Assembly: GCA_003520925.1 (NCBI GenBank)
Contig: DOTV01000196.1
Span: forward strand, 1-51,601
DNA from: Bacteroidales bacterium
GTDB taxonomy: Bacteria > Bacteroidota > Bacteroidia > Bacteroidales > VadinHA17
DNA: 51,601 nt
Direction of reading: 5' to 3'
Made by a program: the position numbers and the translations under genes. Positions 1-7,123 of the stretch are shown piece after piece (position 1 is the stretch's first letter; each line of letters starts with the position of its first letter). The notes under the pieces were generated by a model that saw only the letters and a list, made by a program, of their open reading frames with translations, searched no databases and was not told where the DNA came from.

Positions 1-842
1 TTCTTTTCTTTTGCCTTTTCGATTATCTGAAGTGCCAGATCAAGCTTGTCTTCTTCACAAAGCGATTTCCCTATCTTACCACCTTTTGCCTTAATAAAAG
101 TATATGTCATCCCGCCCCCGATTATCAGGTTATCAACCCTGTTAAGGAGATTCTCGATAAGCATGATTTTGTCAGAGACCTTTGCTCCTCCCATTATCGC
201 GGTGAACGGGCGCTGAGGATCCTTGAGAACTTTATCCATGGCAGCCAGTTCGCTGTTAATAAGGAATCCGAACATAATCTTATCCTTTGGAAAATAATCA
301 GCAATCACTGCAGTTGTCCCATGAGCCCTGTGTGCTGTTCCGAATGCATCATTTACATATACCCCGGCGTAGCCTGAAAGTTTTTTTGCAAGTTCTTTCT
401 GTTTTAATTTCATTTCCGCCTTGGCCGCTTTCTTTTCCTCATCTGTTGCAGTTTCAGGCAATATTGGTTTCCCTTCTTCCTCAGGATAGAATCTTACATT
501 CTCAAGAAGGAGCACTTCGCCGGGCTTCAGCTCGGCTGACATTCTGACTGCTGATTCCCCAAGGCAGTCGTCGGCAAAAAGCACTTTCTGTCCCAGATAT
601 TTTTCAAGTACCGGAAGTACTGGTTTAAGTGAATACTTCTCCATCCTTCCCTCAGGACGGCCCAGATGTGACATGAGTATCACCGAACCGCCATCGGAAA
701 GTATTTTTTTTATTGTAAGCAGGGCTCCCCTTATACGGGTATCATCTGTTACCACACCGGTTTTTTTATCGAGAGGAACATTAAAATCGACTCTTACGAT
801 GGTCTTAATCCCTTTAAAATTGAAATCCTGAATCATTTTCAT
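1..842 (-). CDS. pgk: Phosphoglycerate kinase, 5' part (runs off the window start; missing from the ORF track)
   Basis: Manual translation from ATG at 842 gives [25 protein letters not shown]...SHLGRP...LLENVRF...[12 protein letters not shown]...GGAKVSDK...IIGGGM, all PGK signatures; no stop before position 1. Confidence 0.97.
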   Translation of the reverse strand, partial: MKMIQDFNFKGIKTIVRVDFNVPLDKKTGVVTDDTRIRGALLTIKKILSDGGSVILMSHLGRPEGRMEKYSLKPVLPVLEKYLGQKVLFADDCLGESAVRMSAELKPGEVLLLENVRFYPEEEGKPILPETATDEEKKAAKAEMKLKQKELAKKLSGYAGVYVNDAFGTAHRAHGTTAVIADYFPKDKIMFGFLINSELAAMDKVLKDPQRPFTAIMGGAKVSDKIMLIENLLNRVDNLIIGGGMTYTFIKAKGGKIGKSLCEEDKLDLALQIIEKAKEK

Positions 843-882
843 AGATCATATATTTTTAATTAGCAAAAGAATTTTTCTTATG

Positions 883-890
883 CAAACCTA
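883..890 (-). promoter_or_regulatory. Bacteroidota primary-sigma -7 box (TAGGTTTG) for pgk
   Basis: Exact TAnnTTTG match about 40 nt upstream of the pgk ATG. Confidence 0.65.
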
Positions 891-972
891 CATTTTTTTT
901 GGAAATAAACTTTTGGACTTTCAACTTTATTATAGAACTTAAAGAGCATTCTGTTCTCTCTATGCAAGTTTC

Positions 973-1030
973 GCCATCCAGCCCCTCTGAAGGGGGGTTA
1001 AGTTTCAGCCCCCTTTATGGGGTTGGGGGC
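973..1030. repeat. Bipartite REP/REPIN-like palindrome, copy A
   Basis: Left arm GCCATCCAGCCCCTCTGAAGGGGGG and right arm AGCCCCCTTTATGGGGTTGGGGGC are imperfect inverted copies; each arm contains its own C-run/G-run hairpin. Confidence 0.75.
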
Positions 1031-1060
1031 AAAATTGTTTCCTCTTCTTAAAAGATTGAC

Positions 1061-1068
1061 TAAATTTG
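1061..1068 (+). promoter_or_regulatory. -7 box (TAAATTTG) for tpx
   Basis: Exact TAnnTTTG match 11 nt before ATG 1080; argues against the 1017 start. Confidence 0.6.
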
Positions 1069-1079
1069 AAAAAAAAGTT

Positions 1080-1577
1080 ATGGCTAAGATTACATTAAAA
1101 GGGAATCCCGTAAATACATCGGGAAACCTTCCGGAAAAAGGGACCATTGCTCCTGATTTTATACTTGTCAAATCAGATATGGGAAATCTGAAACTTTCAG
1201 AGCTCAAAGGGAAAAAGCTCATTCTGAGCATATCCCCGAGCCTCGATACCTCAGTTTGTGCCACATCGGTCCGTAAATTCAACATGGTTGCTGCAGGAAA
1301 AGAAAACGTAATGGTACTTGCAATTACAAAGGATCTTCCTTTCGCCAGCGGTCGTTTTTGCACCACAGAGGGAATAACGAATGTGGTAGCCCTGTCAGGT
1401 TTCCGCAATAAGGATTTTGGGAAATTTTACGGGGTTGAAATTGTTGATGGTCTGTTTGAAGGTCTTTATGCCCGGAGCATTATCGTAATTGACGAAAAAG
1501 GTAAAGTTTTATACACTCAGCTCGTACCTGAAATTGCAACCGAGCCGGATTATGACGCTGCGCTTGCAGCATTGTAA
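1080..1577 (+). CDS. tpx: Thiol peroxidase (Tpx-type peroxiredoxin)
   Basis: MAKITLKGNPVNTSGNLP N-terminus, PSLDTSVC peroxidatic motif, DLPFASGRFC resolving Cys, EPDYDAALAAL C-terminus. Start moved to ATG 1080. Confidence 0.95.
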   Translation: MAKITLKGNPVNTSGNLPEKGTIAPDFILVKSDMGNLKLSELKGKKLILSISPSLDTSVCATSVRKFNMVAAGKENVMVLAITKDLPFASGRFCTTEGITNVVALSGFRNKDFGKFYGVEIVDGLFEGLYARSIIVIDEKGKVLYTQLVPEIATEPDYDAALAAL

Positions 1578-1600
1578 ATGGCGGCATCTTATTATTTCGG

Positions 1601-2731
1601 ATGAAGTTTTCTGATATCCCGGGACAAAAGGAAATTATTGGCAGGCTTATCAGTTCGGTAAGGTATGAAAGGGTAAGTCATGCTCAGCTTTTTACAGGTC
1701 CCGAAGGTTGCGGAAGTCTTGCCCTTGCACTGGCTTATGCACAGTATGTCAGCTGTGAAAACAGGTCACAGCGCGATTCCTGCGGAATTTGCAAATCGTG
1801 TGTCAAGTACGAGAAAATGATCCATCCCGATCTGCATTTTGTGTTTCCGGTTATCAGGGACAAGAAACCGAATGAGCCTGTAAGTGATAAATATATTGAA
1901 CAATGGCGCGAAATTGTAAAAGTGTCTCCATACTTCAGTCTTACAACATGGCTCGATACAATTGAGGCAGGCAATGCTCAGGGACTTATTTTTGCTTCAG
2001 AAGCCGCTGAAATACTGAGAAAGCTAAGCCTTAAATCCTTTGAATCAGATTTTAAGGTAATGATAATCTGGCTGCCTGAAAAGATGCATCAGGCAACCGC
2101 AAACAAACTTCTGAAACTTATTGAAGAGCCTCCCGAGAAAACCCTTTTCCTGCTGGTTTCTGAAGAGCCCGACAAGGTTGTTCAAACAATTCTTTCGAGA
2201 TGCCAGCTTATTAAGATCCCCTCCTTTAAAAATGAAGATGTGTCAGGTTATCTGCTTGAACGATTCCGTATTCACAAAGCTAAAGCTGACGATATTTCGA
2301 TGGTTTCTAATGGAAATATAATCAGAGCCATTGAATTATGTGAAAATGAAGATTCCTCGCTTCTAAACCTCGAGCGTTTCAAGAACCTTATGAGATTCGC
2401 CTGGAAACGTGATATAATATCAATCGTCAGCTGGTCGGAAGATATCGCTTCAATCGGAAGGGAACCCCAAAAGAGCTTTCTTGCATTTTCACTTCGTATC
2501 ATAAGAGAGAACCTTATGCTCACACTTGATCAGATGAAAAACAGGCTTGTTTTCATGACAGGTGACGAAGCCGGGTTCTCGTCGAAATTTCATCCCTTCA
2601 TAAATCAGGAAAATATTTGTCCCCTGGCTGATGAACTGAATCTGGCACATGCCCATATAGAGGCAAATGGTAATGCCAAAATTGTATTTCTGGATCTGGC
2701 CCTTAAGATTACACGTCTTATAAGCCGATGA
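1601..2731 (+). CDS. holB: DNA polymerase III delta' subunit
   Basis: MKFSDIPGQ start, HAQLFTGPEGCG, Zn cysteines (C...CGICKSC), HPDLHFVFP, ANKLLKLIEEPP, TILSRCQ. Confidence 0.92.
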   Translation: MKFSDIPGQKEIIGRLISSVRYERVSHAQLFTGPEGCGSLALALAYAQYVSCENRSQRDSCGICKSCVKYEKMIHPDLHFVFPVIRDKKPNEPVSDKYIEQWREIVKVSPYFSLTTWLDTIEAGNAQGLIFASEAAEILRKLSLKSFESDFKVMIIWLPEKMHQATANKLLKLIEEPPEKTLFLLVSEEPDKVVQTILSRCQLIKIPSFKNEDVSGYLLERFRIHKAKADDISMVSNGNIIRAIELCENEDSSLLNLERFKNLMRFAWKRDIISIVSWSEDIASIGREPQKSFLAFSLRIIRENLMLTLDQMKNRLVFMTGDEAGFSSKFHPFINQENICPLADELNLAHAHIEANGNAKIVFLDLALKITRLISR

Positions 2732-2769
2732 GAAGGTAAGTGATTATTGAAAGTATTGGTTTTATTCAC

Positions 2770-2777
2770 TATTTTTG
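2770..2777 (+). promoter_or_regulatory. -7 box (TATTTTTG) for the ricT-gldH-trmB-atl unit
   Basis: Exact TAnnTTTG match; lies inside the 2740 ORF extension and so supports a start at ATG 2806. Confidence 0.6.
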
Positions 2778-2805
2778 CGGCGTTAATTCTGAAGAGGTGT
2801 TTGAT

Positions 2806-3957
2806 ATGACGGAGAATGAAGATTTATCAGGTCAGCATGGCGAAGAGATCAAAATGCCTGATATTAAATATAAACCCGGTTTAAATAAACTTGATACTTA
2901 TAACTGGCTTAGGGATATTCCATTTGTTCCTGCGGAGACTGATGTAGTTGAGATACGTTTTAAAAATACACGCAAAGGTCTTTTTAAGAACGTCAACGGA
3001 TTAAGGCTTGAGGTAGGCGATGTCGTCGCAGTTGAAGCGTCACCGGGACACGATATAGGAAGGATTTCGATGGTCGGACCAATTATTAACGAACGGCTTA
3101 AGAGATTTAAGATTCAGCCATCTTCCGATGATATGAAAAAGGTCTACAGGAAGGCCAAGGCGGTTGATGTTATAAAATGGGAAGAGGCCAAGAAACTTGA
3201 GACCCCTACAATGCTGCGATCGAGGCAGATTGCCGAGGAACTTAAGCTCAATATGAAGATTGGAGACGTAGAGTACCAGGGAGACAAAACAAAAGCCATA
3301 TTTTATTATATTGCTGATGAAAGAGTTGATTTCAGGCAGCTTATCAAGGTCCTTGCCGATGAATTCCGTGTCAGGATTGAAATGCGTCAGATCGGAGCCC
3401 GTCAGGAAGCCGGGAGAATTGGCGGAATAGGCTCCTGCGGCAGGGAATTATGCTGTTCAACACATATCTGCAATTTTATATCGGTCACCACAACCCATGC
3501 AAAATTCCAGGAACTGTCGTTAAATCCGCAGAAACTCGCAGGACAATGCAGCAAGTTAAAGTGCTGTCTTAATTTTGAATTTGATTGTTATGTCGATGCC
3601 CAGCGTTCTTTTCCTCCCCGGGATATTCCTCTTGAACTTTCGGACTCAACAGCTCACTTCCAGAAAATGGAAGTGCATAAAAGTATATACTGGTATAGTT
3701 CTGATCCTAACTTTCCTGCCAATCTTACCCCTGTTCCGGTTGAAAGAGTCAGGGAGATCCAGGCTATGAACAAAAAGGGGAAAAAGCCTGATAAGCTGCT
3801 TGTTGTTGATGAATCAGCAGAAATGATTTCTGTTTCACAGGACCTGCTGAGGAATAACAGCCTTACCCGGTTTGATGCCCCCGAGTCGAAAAATCAAAAC
3901 CGTCATCATTCGCATAAAAGGAAAAACAGAAGATTTGATGGTAAAAGGAAAAATTAA
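2806..3957 (+). CDS. ricT: PSP1/YaaT (RicT) family Fe-S protein
   Basis: VEIRFKNTRK, FYYIADERVDFRQL, EMRQIGARQEA..GGIGSCGRELCC, KLAGQCSKLKCCL; follows holB. Start at 2806 (or the later MPDIK Met). Confidence 0.88.
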   Translation: MTENEDLSGQHGEEIKMPDIKYKPGLNKLDTYNWLRDIPFVPAETDVVEIRFKNTRKGLFKNVNGLRLEVGDVVAVEASPGHDIGRISMVGPIINERLKRFKIQPSSDDMKKVYRKAKAVDVIKWEEAKKLETPTMLRSRQIAEELKLNMKIGDVEYQGDKTKAIFYYIADERVDFRQLIKVLADEFRVRIEMRQIGARQEAGRIGGIGSCGRELCCSTHICNFISVTTTHAKFQELSLNPQKLAGQCSKLKCCLNFEFDCYVDAQRSFPPRDIPLELSDSTAHFQKMEVHKSIYWYSSDPNFPANLTPVPVERVREIQAMNKKGKKPDKLLVVDESAEMISVSQDLLRNNSLTRFDAPESKNQNRHHSHKRKNRRFDGKRKN

Positions 3958-4414
3958 ATATCTGCTTTTATTAGCTGCTGCATATCTTATTGTTTCGTGC
4001 GGCAAAAATGTGGTTTACACGGATTCCCATACAATGCAGGGAAAAACCTGGAGGCTGAGAGACATTCCTGTTTTTAAAGTACCAGTCACTGATACAATCA
4101 ACAGCAACAATATTTATTTAGTCTTACGAACCGGGTCTTCATACCCATACAGGAATATTTTCCTCTTTGTAACAACATTTTCTCCTGAAAGGAAAAGTAT
4201 TACCGACACTCTCGAATACAATATTGCAGACGAAAGAGGGAACTGGTACGGTAAAGGCTTTGGTGATATTCATGAACTGAAACTGCCCTACAAAAGAAAT
4301 GTTTTCTTTCCGGTTTCAGGTGAATATCAGATCTCTGTCCAGCACGGAATGAGGATCGAAGATCTCAAAGGTGTCTACGACCTTGGCCTTAGAGTGGAAA
4401 AGACAAATAAATAG
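3938..4414 (+). CDS. gldH: Gliding-motility lipoprotein GldH family
   Basis: Lipoprotein signal (LLLLAAAYLIVSC), YPYRNIFLFV, DTLEY...G.WYGKGFG, QHGMR; ricT-gldH order typical of Bacteroidota. Confidence 0.88.
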   Translation: MVKGKIKYLLLLAAAYLIVSCGKNVVYTDSHTMQGKTWRLRDIPVFKVPVTDTINSNNIYLVLRTGSSYPYRNIFLFVTTFSPERKSITDTLEYNIADERGNWYGKGFGDIHELKLPYKRNVFFPVSGEYQISVQHGMRIEDLKGVYDLGLRVEKTNK

Positions 4415-4424
4415 TATATCTGAG

Positions 4425-5198
4425 GTGGGGAAAAACAAGCTTGCCCGTTGGGCTGAACTTGGGACTTTTGATAATGTAGTCCAGCCGGAAACCGGAGATG
4501 ATTCCTGGAAAGATCATAAAATAAAAGGTAACTGGAGAAAAGATATCTTCAGAAATGAGAATCCTGTAGTTCTGGAGCTCGGTTGCGGTAAAGGTGAGTA
4601 CACAACAGGGTTATCGGTTCTTTTCCCGGAGTGTAATTTCATAGGAATAGATATTAAAGGAGCCAGAATGTGGCGTGGGGCAAGAACGTCAAATGAAAAG
4701 CAACTAAGAAATACTGCTTTCCTGAGAACAAGAATTGAATTTATTAATTCCTTCTTCGCTTCGGATGAAGTTGATGAGGTCTGGATAACATTTCCCGATC
4801 CTCACCCGGGAAAGAAAAACTCAAATAAAAGGCTCACCTGTCCATGGTTCCTAAACACCTACAGAAACTTCCTGAAAGACAAAGGAATTCTGCATCTGAA
4901 AACCGACAATACGGAACTATACAATTATACTGCAAAACTGGCAGCATATAACGGATTTGAAATCCTGTTCTCAACCAATGATATGCATGCGATGAATCCG
5001 AATGAACTTACTCTATCAGATAAGATAATTTCTTCCCATGGCGATCCGGTTCGCCGGGATCAGGCAATCGCCGGAATTCTGTCTATAAAAACTCATTACG
5101 AGGCAAAATTCATCGAGCAGGGAAAAACAATAAATTACCTTGCATTCAGGCTTGAAAAAGACAAAGTAATCAGCCATGACTGGGAAAAAAAAGAATAA
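4425..5198 (+). CDS. trmB: tRNA (guanine-N7)-methyltransferase
   Basis: GTG start giving MGKNKLARWAEL; LELGCGKGEY, GIDIKGARMW, ITFPDP, LHLKTD motifs. Confidence 0.93.
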   Translation: MGKNKLARWAELGTFDNVVQPETGDDSWKDHKIKGNWRKDIFRNENPVVLELGCGKGEYTTGLSVLFPECNFIGIDIKGARMWRGARTSNEKQLRNTAFLRTRIEFINSFFASDEVDEVWITFPDPHPGKKNSNKRLTCPWFLNTYRNFLKDKGILHLKTDNTELYNYTAKLAAYNGFEILFSTNDMHAMNPNELTLSDKIISSHGDPVRRDQAIAGILSIKTHYEAKFIEQGKTINYLAFRLEKDKVISHDWEKKE

Positions 5199-5523
5199 CA
5201 ATGACTTTTTCTCAAAGGTTTATGATGTTACCTGCCTGATCCCTTATGGCAGGGTTACATCTTATGGTGCAATTGCCAGGTATCTCGGGACAGGCAGATC
5301 AGCCAGGATGGTGGGATGGGCTTTGAACATATGCCATAATAATCCTGAATTTATTCCGGCCCACAGGGTTGTCAACCGGAAAGGGCTTCTGACAGGGAAA
5401 CGTCATTTTGGTAATTCATCAACAATGCAGCAGCTGCTTGAAAGCGAAGGGCTTATTGTAGAGGACGACTGCGTTTTGAACTTCAGGGAAAAATTCTGGG
5501 ATCCTTCTGCAGAATTGCAATGA
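5176..5523 (+). CDS. Alkyltransferase-like protein (MGMT/ATL family, no active-site Cys)
   Basis: IPYGRVTSYGAIA, ARMVGWAL, and PAHRVV where active MGMT has PCHRV. Confidence 0.88.
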   Translation: MTGKKKNNNDFFSKVYDVTCLIPYGRVTSYGAIARYLGTGRSARMVGWALNICHNNPEFIPAHRVVNRKGLLTGKRHFGNSSTMQQLLESEGLIVEDDCVLNFREKFWDPSAELQ

Positions 5524-5525
5524 TT

Positions 5526-5557
5526 TTTGGTAAACCTGATATTATTTGCTAAAATTG
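5526..5557 (+). promoter_or_regulatory. -33/-7 promoter (TTTG-N20-TAAAATTG) for mrp-nfu
   Basis: TTTG at 5526-5529, 20 nt spacer, -7 box with one mismatch at 5550-5557. Confidence 0.55.
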
Positions 5558-5594
5558 CACCTTATTTAGAATTAATTTAAATTAAAATAGAGAT

Positions 5595-5662
5595 TACACC
5601 CTGCCCCCTAAAGGGGATTAAAAATCAATTCCATATATGCCCCCCGTGGGGGGTTGGGGGTA
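5595..5662. repeat. Bipartite REP/REPIN-like palindrome, copy B
   Basis: TACACCCTGCCCCCTAAAGGGGATT ... GCCCCCCGTGGGGGGTTGGGGGTA; same architecture as copies A and D. Confidence 0.78.
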
Positions 5663-5683
5663 AAAAATATGATGTGAAAAAGG

Positions 5684-6787
5684 ATGTTTACTAAAGACCA
5701 GATATTAAAGGCCCTTACCAGGGTTATTCATCCCGGAAACGGGAAAGACATTGTTACTCTCGGCTATGTCACTGAAATAGAAAGTGATATTGAAGGTATT
5801 ACAATAACTCTTACTCCGGAGAAATCGAATGACCCTTTTATCTCCTCAATAAGAAGTTCAGTTGCTAGAACTTTAAAGGAAGCTCTTGGATCTGAGGCAG
5901 TTATTAAAGAAATAAAGGTAGAACCAAGAATTACTGAACCAAAGCACCACAAAAAAGAGAAGGAAATTTTATCCGGAGTAAAAAATATTATCGCTGTTTC
6001 TTCTGGTAAGGGAGGAGTCGGAAAAACAACTATTGCTGTTAACCTTTCAATCGCCCTGGCGAAAAAAGGGCTTGCTGTAGGATTACTGGATGCAGATATT
6101 TTCGGTCCATCGGTTCCCAGAATGTTTGATGCAGTGGATTACCATCCCGAAGTTGTCAGAAGAATCGATACTGATCATCTGATTCCGCTCACTAAATACG
6201 GTGTGAAGGTGCTTTCGGCCGGTTTTTTTGTAAGTCCTTCAGAAGCTGTTGTATGGAGAGGGCCCATGGCTTCAGGTTTCCTTAAACAGCTGATGGATCA
6301 GGGTGAATGGGGTGAACTTGATTATCTGATCATTGACCTTCCGCCAGGAACAAGTGATATTCATCTGACTCTTGTCCAGGAGGTTCCGGTAACAGGTGCA
6401 ATTGTTGTGACAACTCCCCAGGAGGTATCAATTGCCGATGCTATTAAGGGGATCGCAATGTTTCGTAGTGAGAAAATAAATGTCCCGGTTCTTGGACTTG
6501 TAGAGAACATGTCATGGTTCACACCGGCAGAACTCCCCGGGAATAAATATTTTATTTTCGGGAAAGGAGGAGGAAGGGAACTTTCAAAAAAAATGGATGT
6601 TCCACTCCTGGGTCAGATTCCATTGGTACAAAGTATCTGTGAAGGGAGTGATAACGGGTATCCGGTTGTACTTAGTGATTCTGCGGCAGGAAATGCGTTT
6701 ATGGAACTTGCCCTGGAAGTAATTGACAAAGTGGATAAAAGGAACAGGGAAATCAGACCAACGATAAAGGTTGATATGAGTAAGTAA
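5684..6787 (+). CDS. mrp: Mrp/ApbC/NBP35 family P-loop ATPase (Fe-S carrier) with N-terminal DUF59-like domain
   Basis: SGKGGVGKTT, DADIFGPS, VWRGPM, DLPPGTSD, VTTPQ, GLVENMS. Confidence 0.93.
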   Translation: MFTKDQILKALTRVIHPGNGKDIVTLGYVTEIESDIEGITITLTPEKSNDPFISSIRSSVARTLKEALGSEAVIKEIKVEPRITEPKHHKKEKEILSGVKNIIAVSSGKGGVGKTTIAVNLSIALAKKGLAVGLLDADIFGPSVPRMFDAVDYHPEVVRRIDTDHLIPLTKYGVKVLSAGFFVSPSEAVVWRGPMASGFLKQLMDQGEWGELDYLIIDLPPGTSDIHLTLVQEVPVTGAIVVTTPQEVSIADAIKGIAMFRSEKINVPVLGLVENMSWFTPAELPGNKYFIFGKGGGRELSKKMDVPLLGQIPLVQSICEGSDNGYPVVLSDSAAGNAFMELALEVIDKVDKRNREIRPTIKVDMSK

Positions 6788-6802
6788 TTAAAAATAAATA
6801 AA

Positions 6803-7042
6803 ATGGCAGATCTCAAAATTATTAAAGAAAAGGTGGTAAAGGCATTAAACAGGGTCAGACCGTACCTTCAGAACGACGGTGGAGATATTGACCTGATAGA
6901 GATAACGGATGATCTCACTGTTAAAGTCAAGCTGACAGGTGCGTGCCATGGATGTCCGTTCGCAATGCAAACGCTTAAGGCAGGCGTCGAACAGGCCATA
7001 ATGCAGGAGGTTCCGGAAATAACAAAAGTGGTTTCAGCCTGA
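6803..7042 (+). CDS. NifU C-terminal/Nfu domain protein
   Basis: VRPYLQNDGGDI and GACHGCP (CxxC), TLKAGVE. Confidence 0.93.
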   Translation: MADLKIIKEKVVKALNRVRPYLQNDGGDIDLIEITDDLTVKVKLTGACHGCPFAMQTLKAGVEQAIMQEVPEITKVVSA

Positions 7043-7067
7043 TAATCCGCACTGACCCAATTTTGCT

Positions 7068-7075
7068 TATCTTTG
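7068..7075 (+). promoter_or_regulatory. -7 box (TATCTTTG) for sprE-porX-tsaE
   Basis: Exact TAnnTTTG match; overlaps the ORF-track TTG at 7073, so the real start is probably downstream. Confidence 0.6.
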
Positions 7076-7123
7076 AAATACTATACTCAGTTTAAGTCAG
7101 TTTATAGTATTAAACCGCATTTA

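Noticed and set aside
905..965. OxyR site or heptamer array upstream of tpx
   Set aside because: ATAG and CTAT are not at OxyR spacing; the ACTT repeats have irregular periods (8, 7, 13).
3938..4414. gldH plus gldKLMN as proof of gliding motility
   Set aside because: These genes also occur in non-gliding Bacteroidota; gldB, gldD, gldJ and sprB are not in the window.
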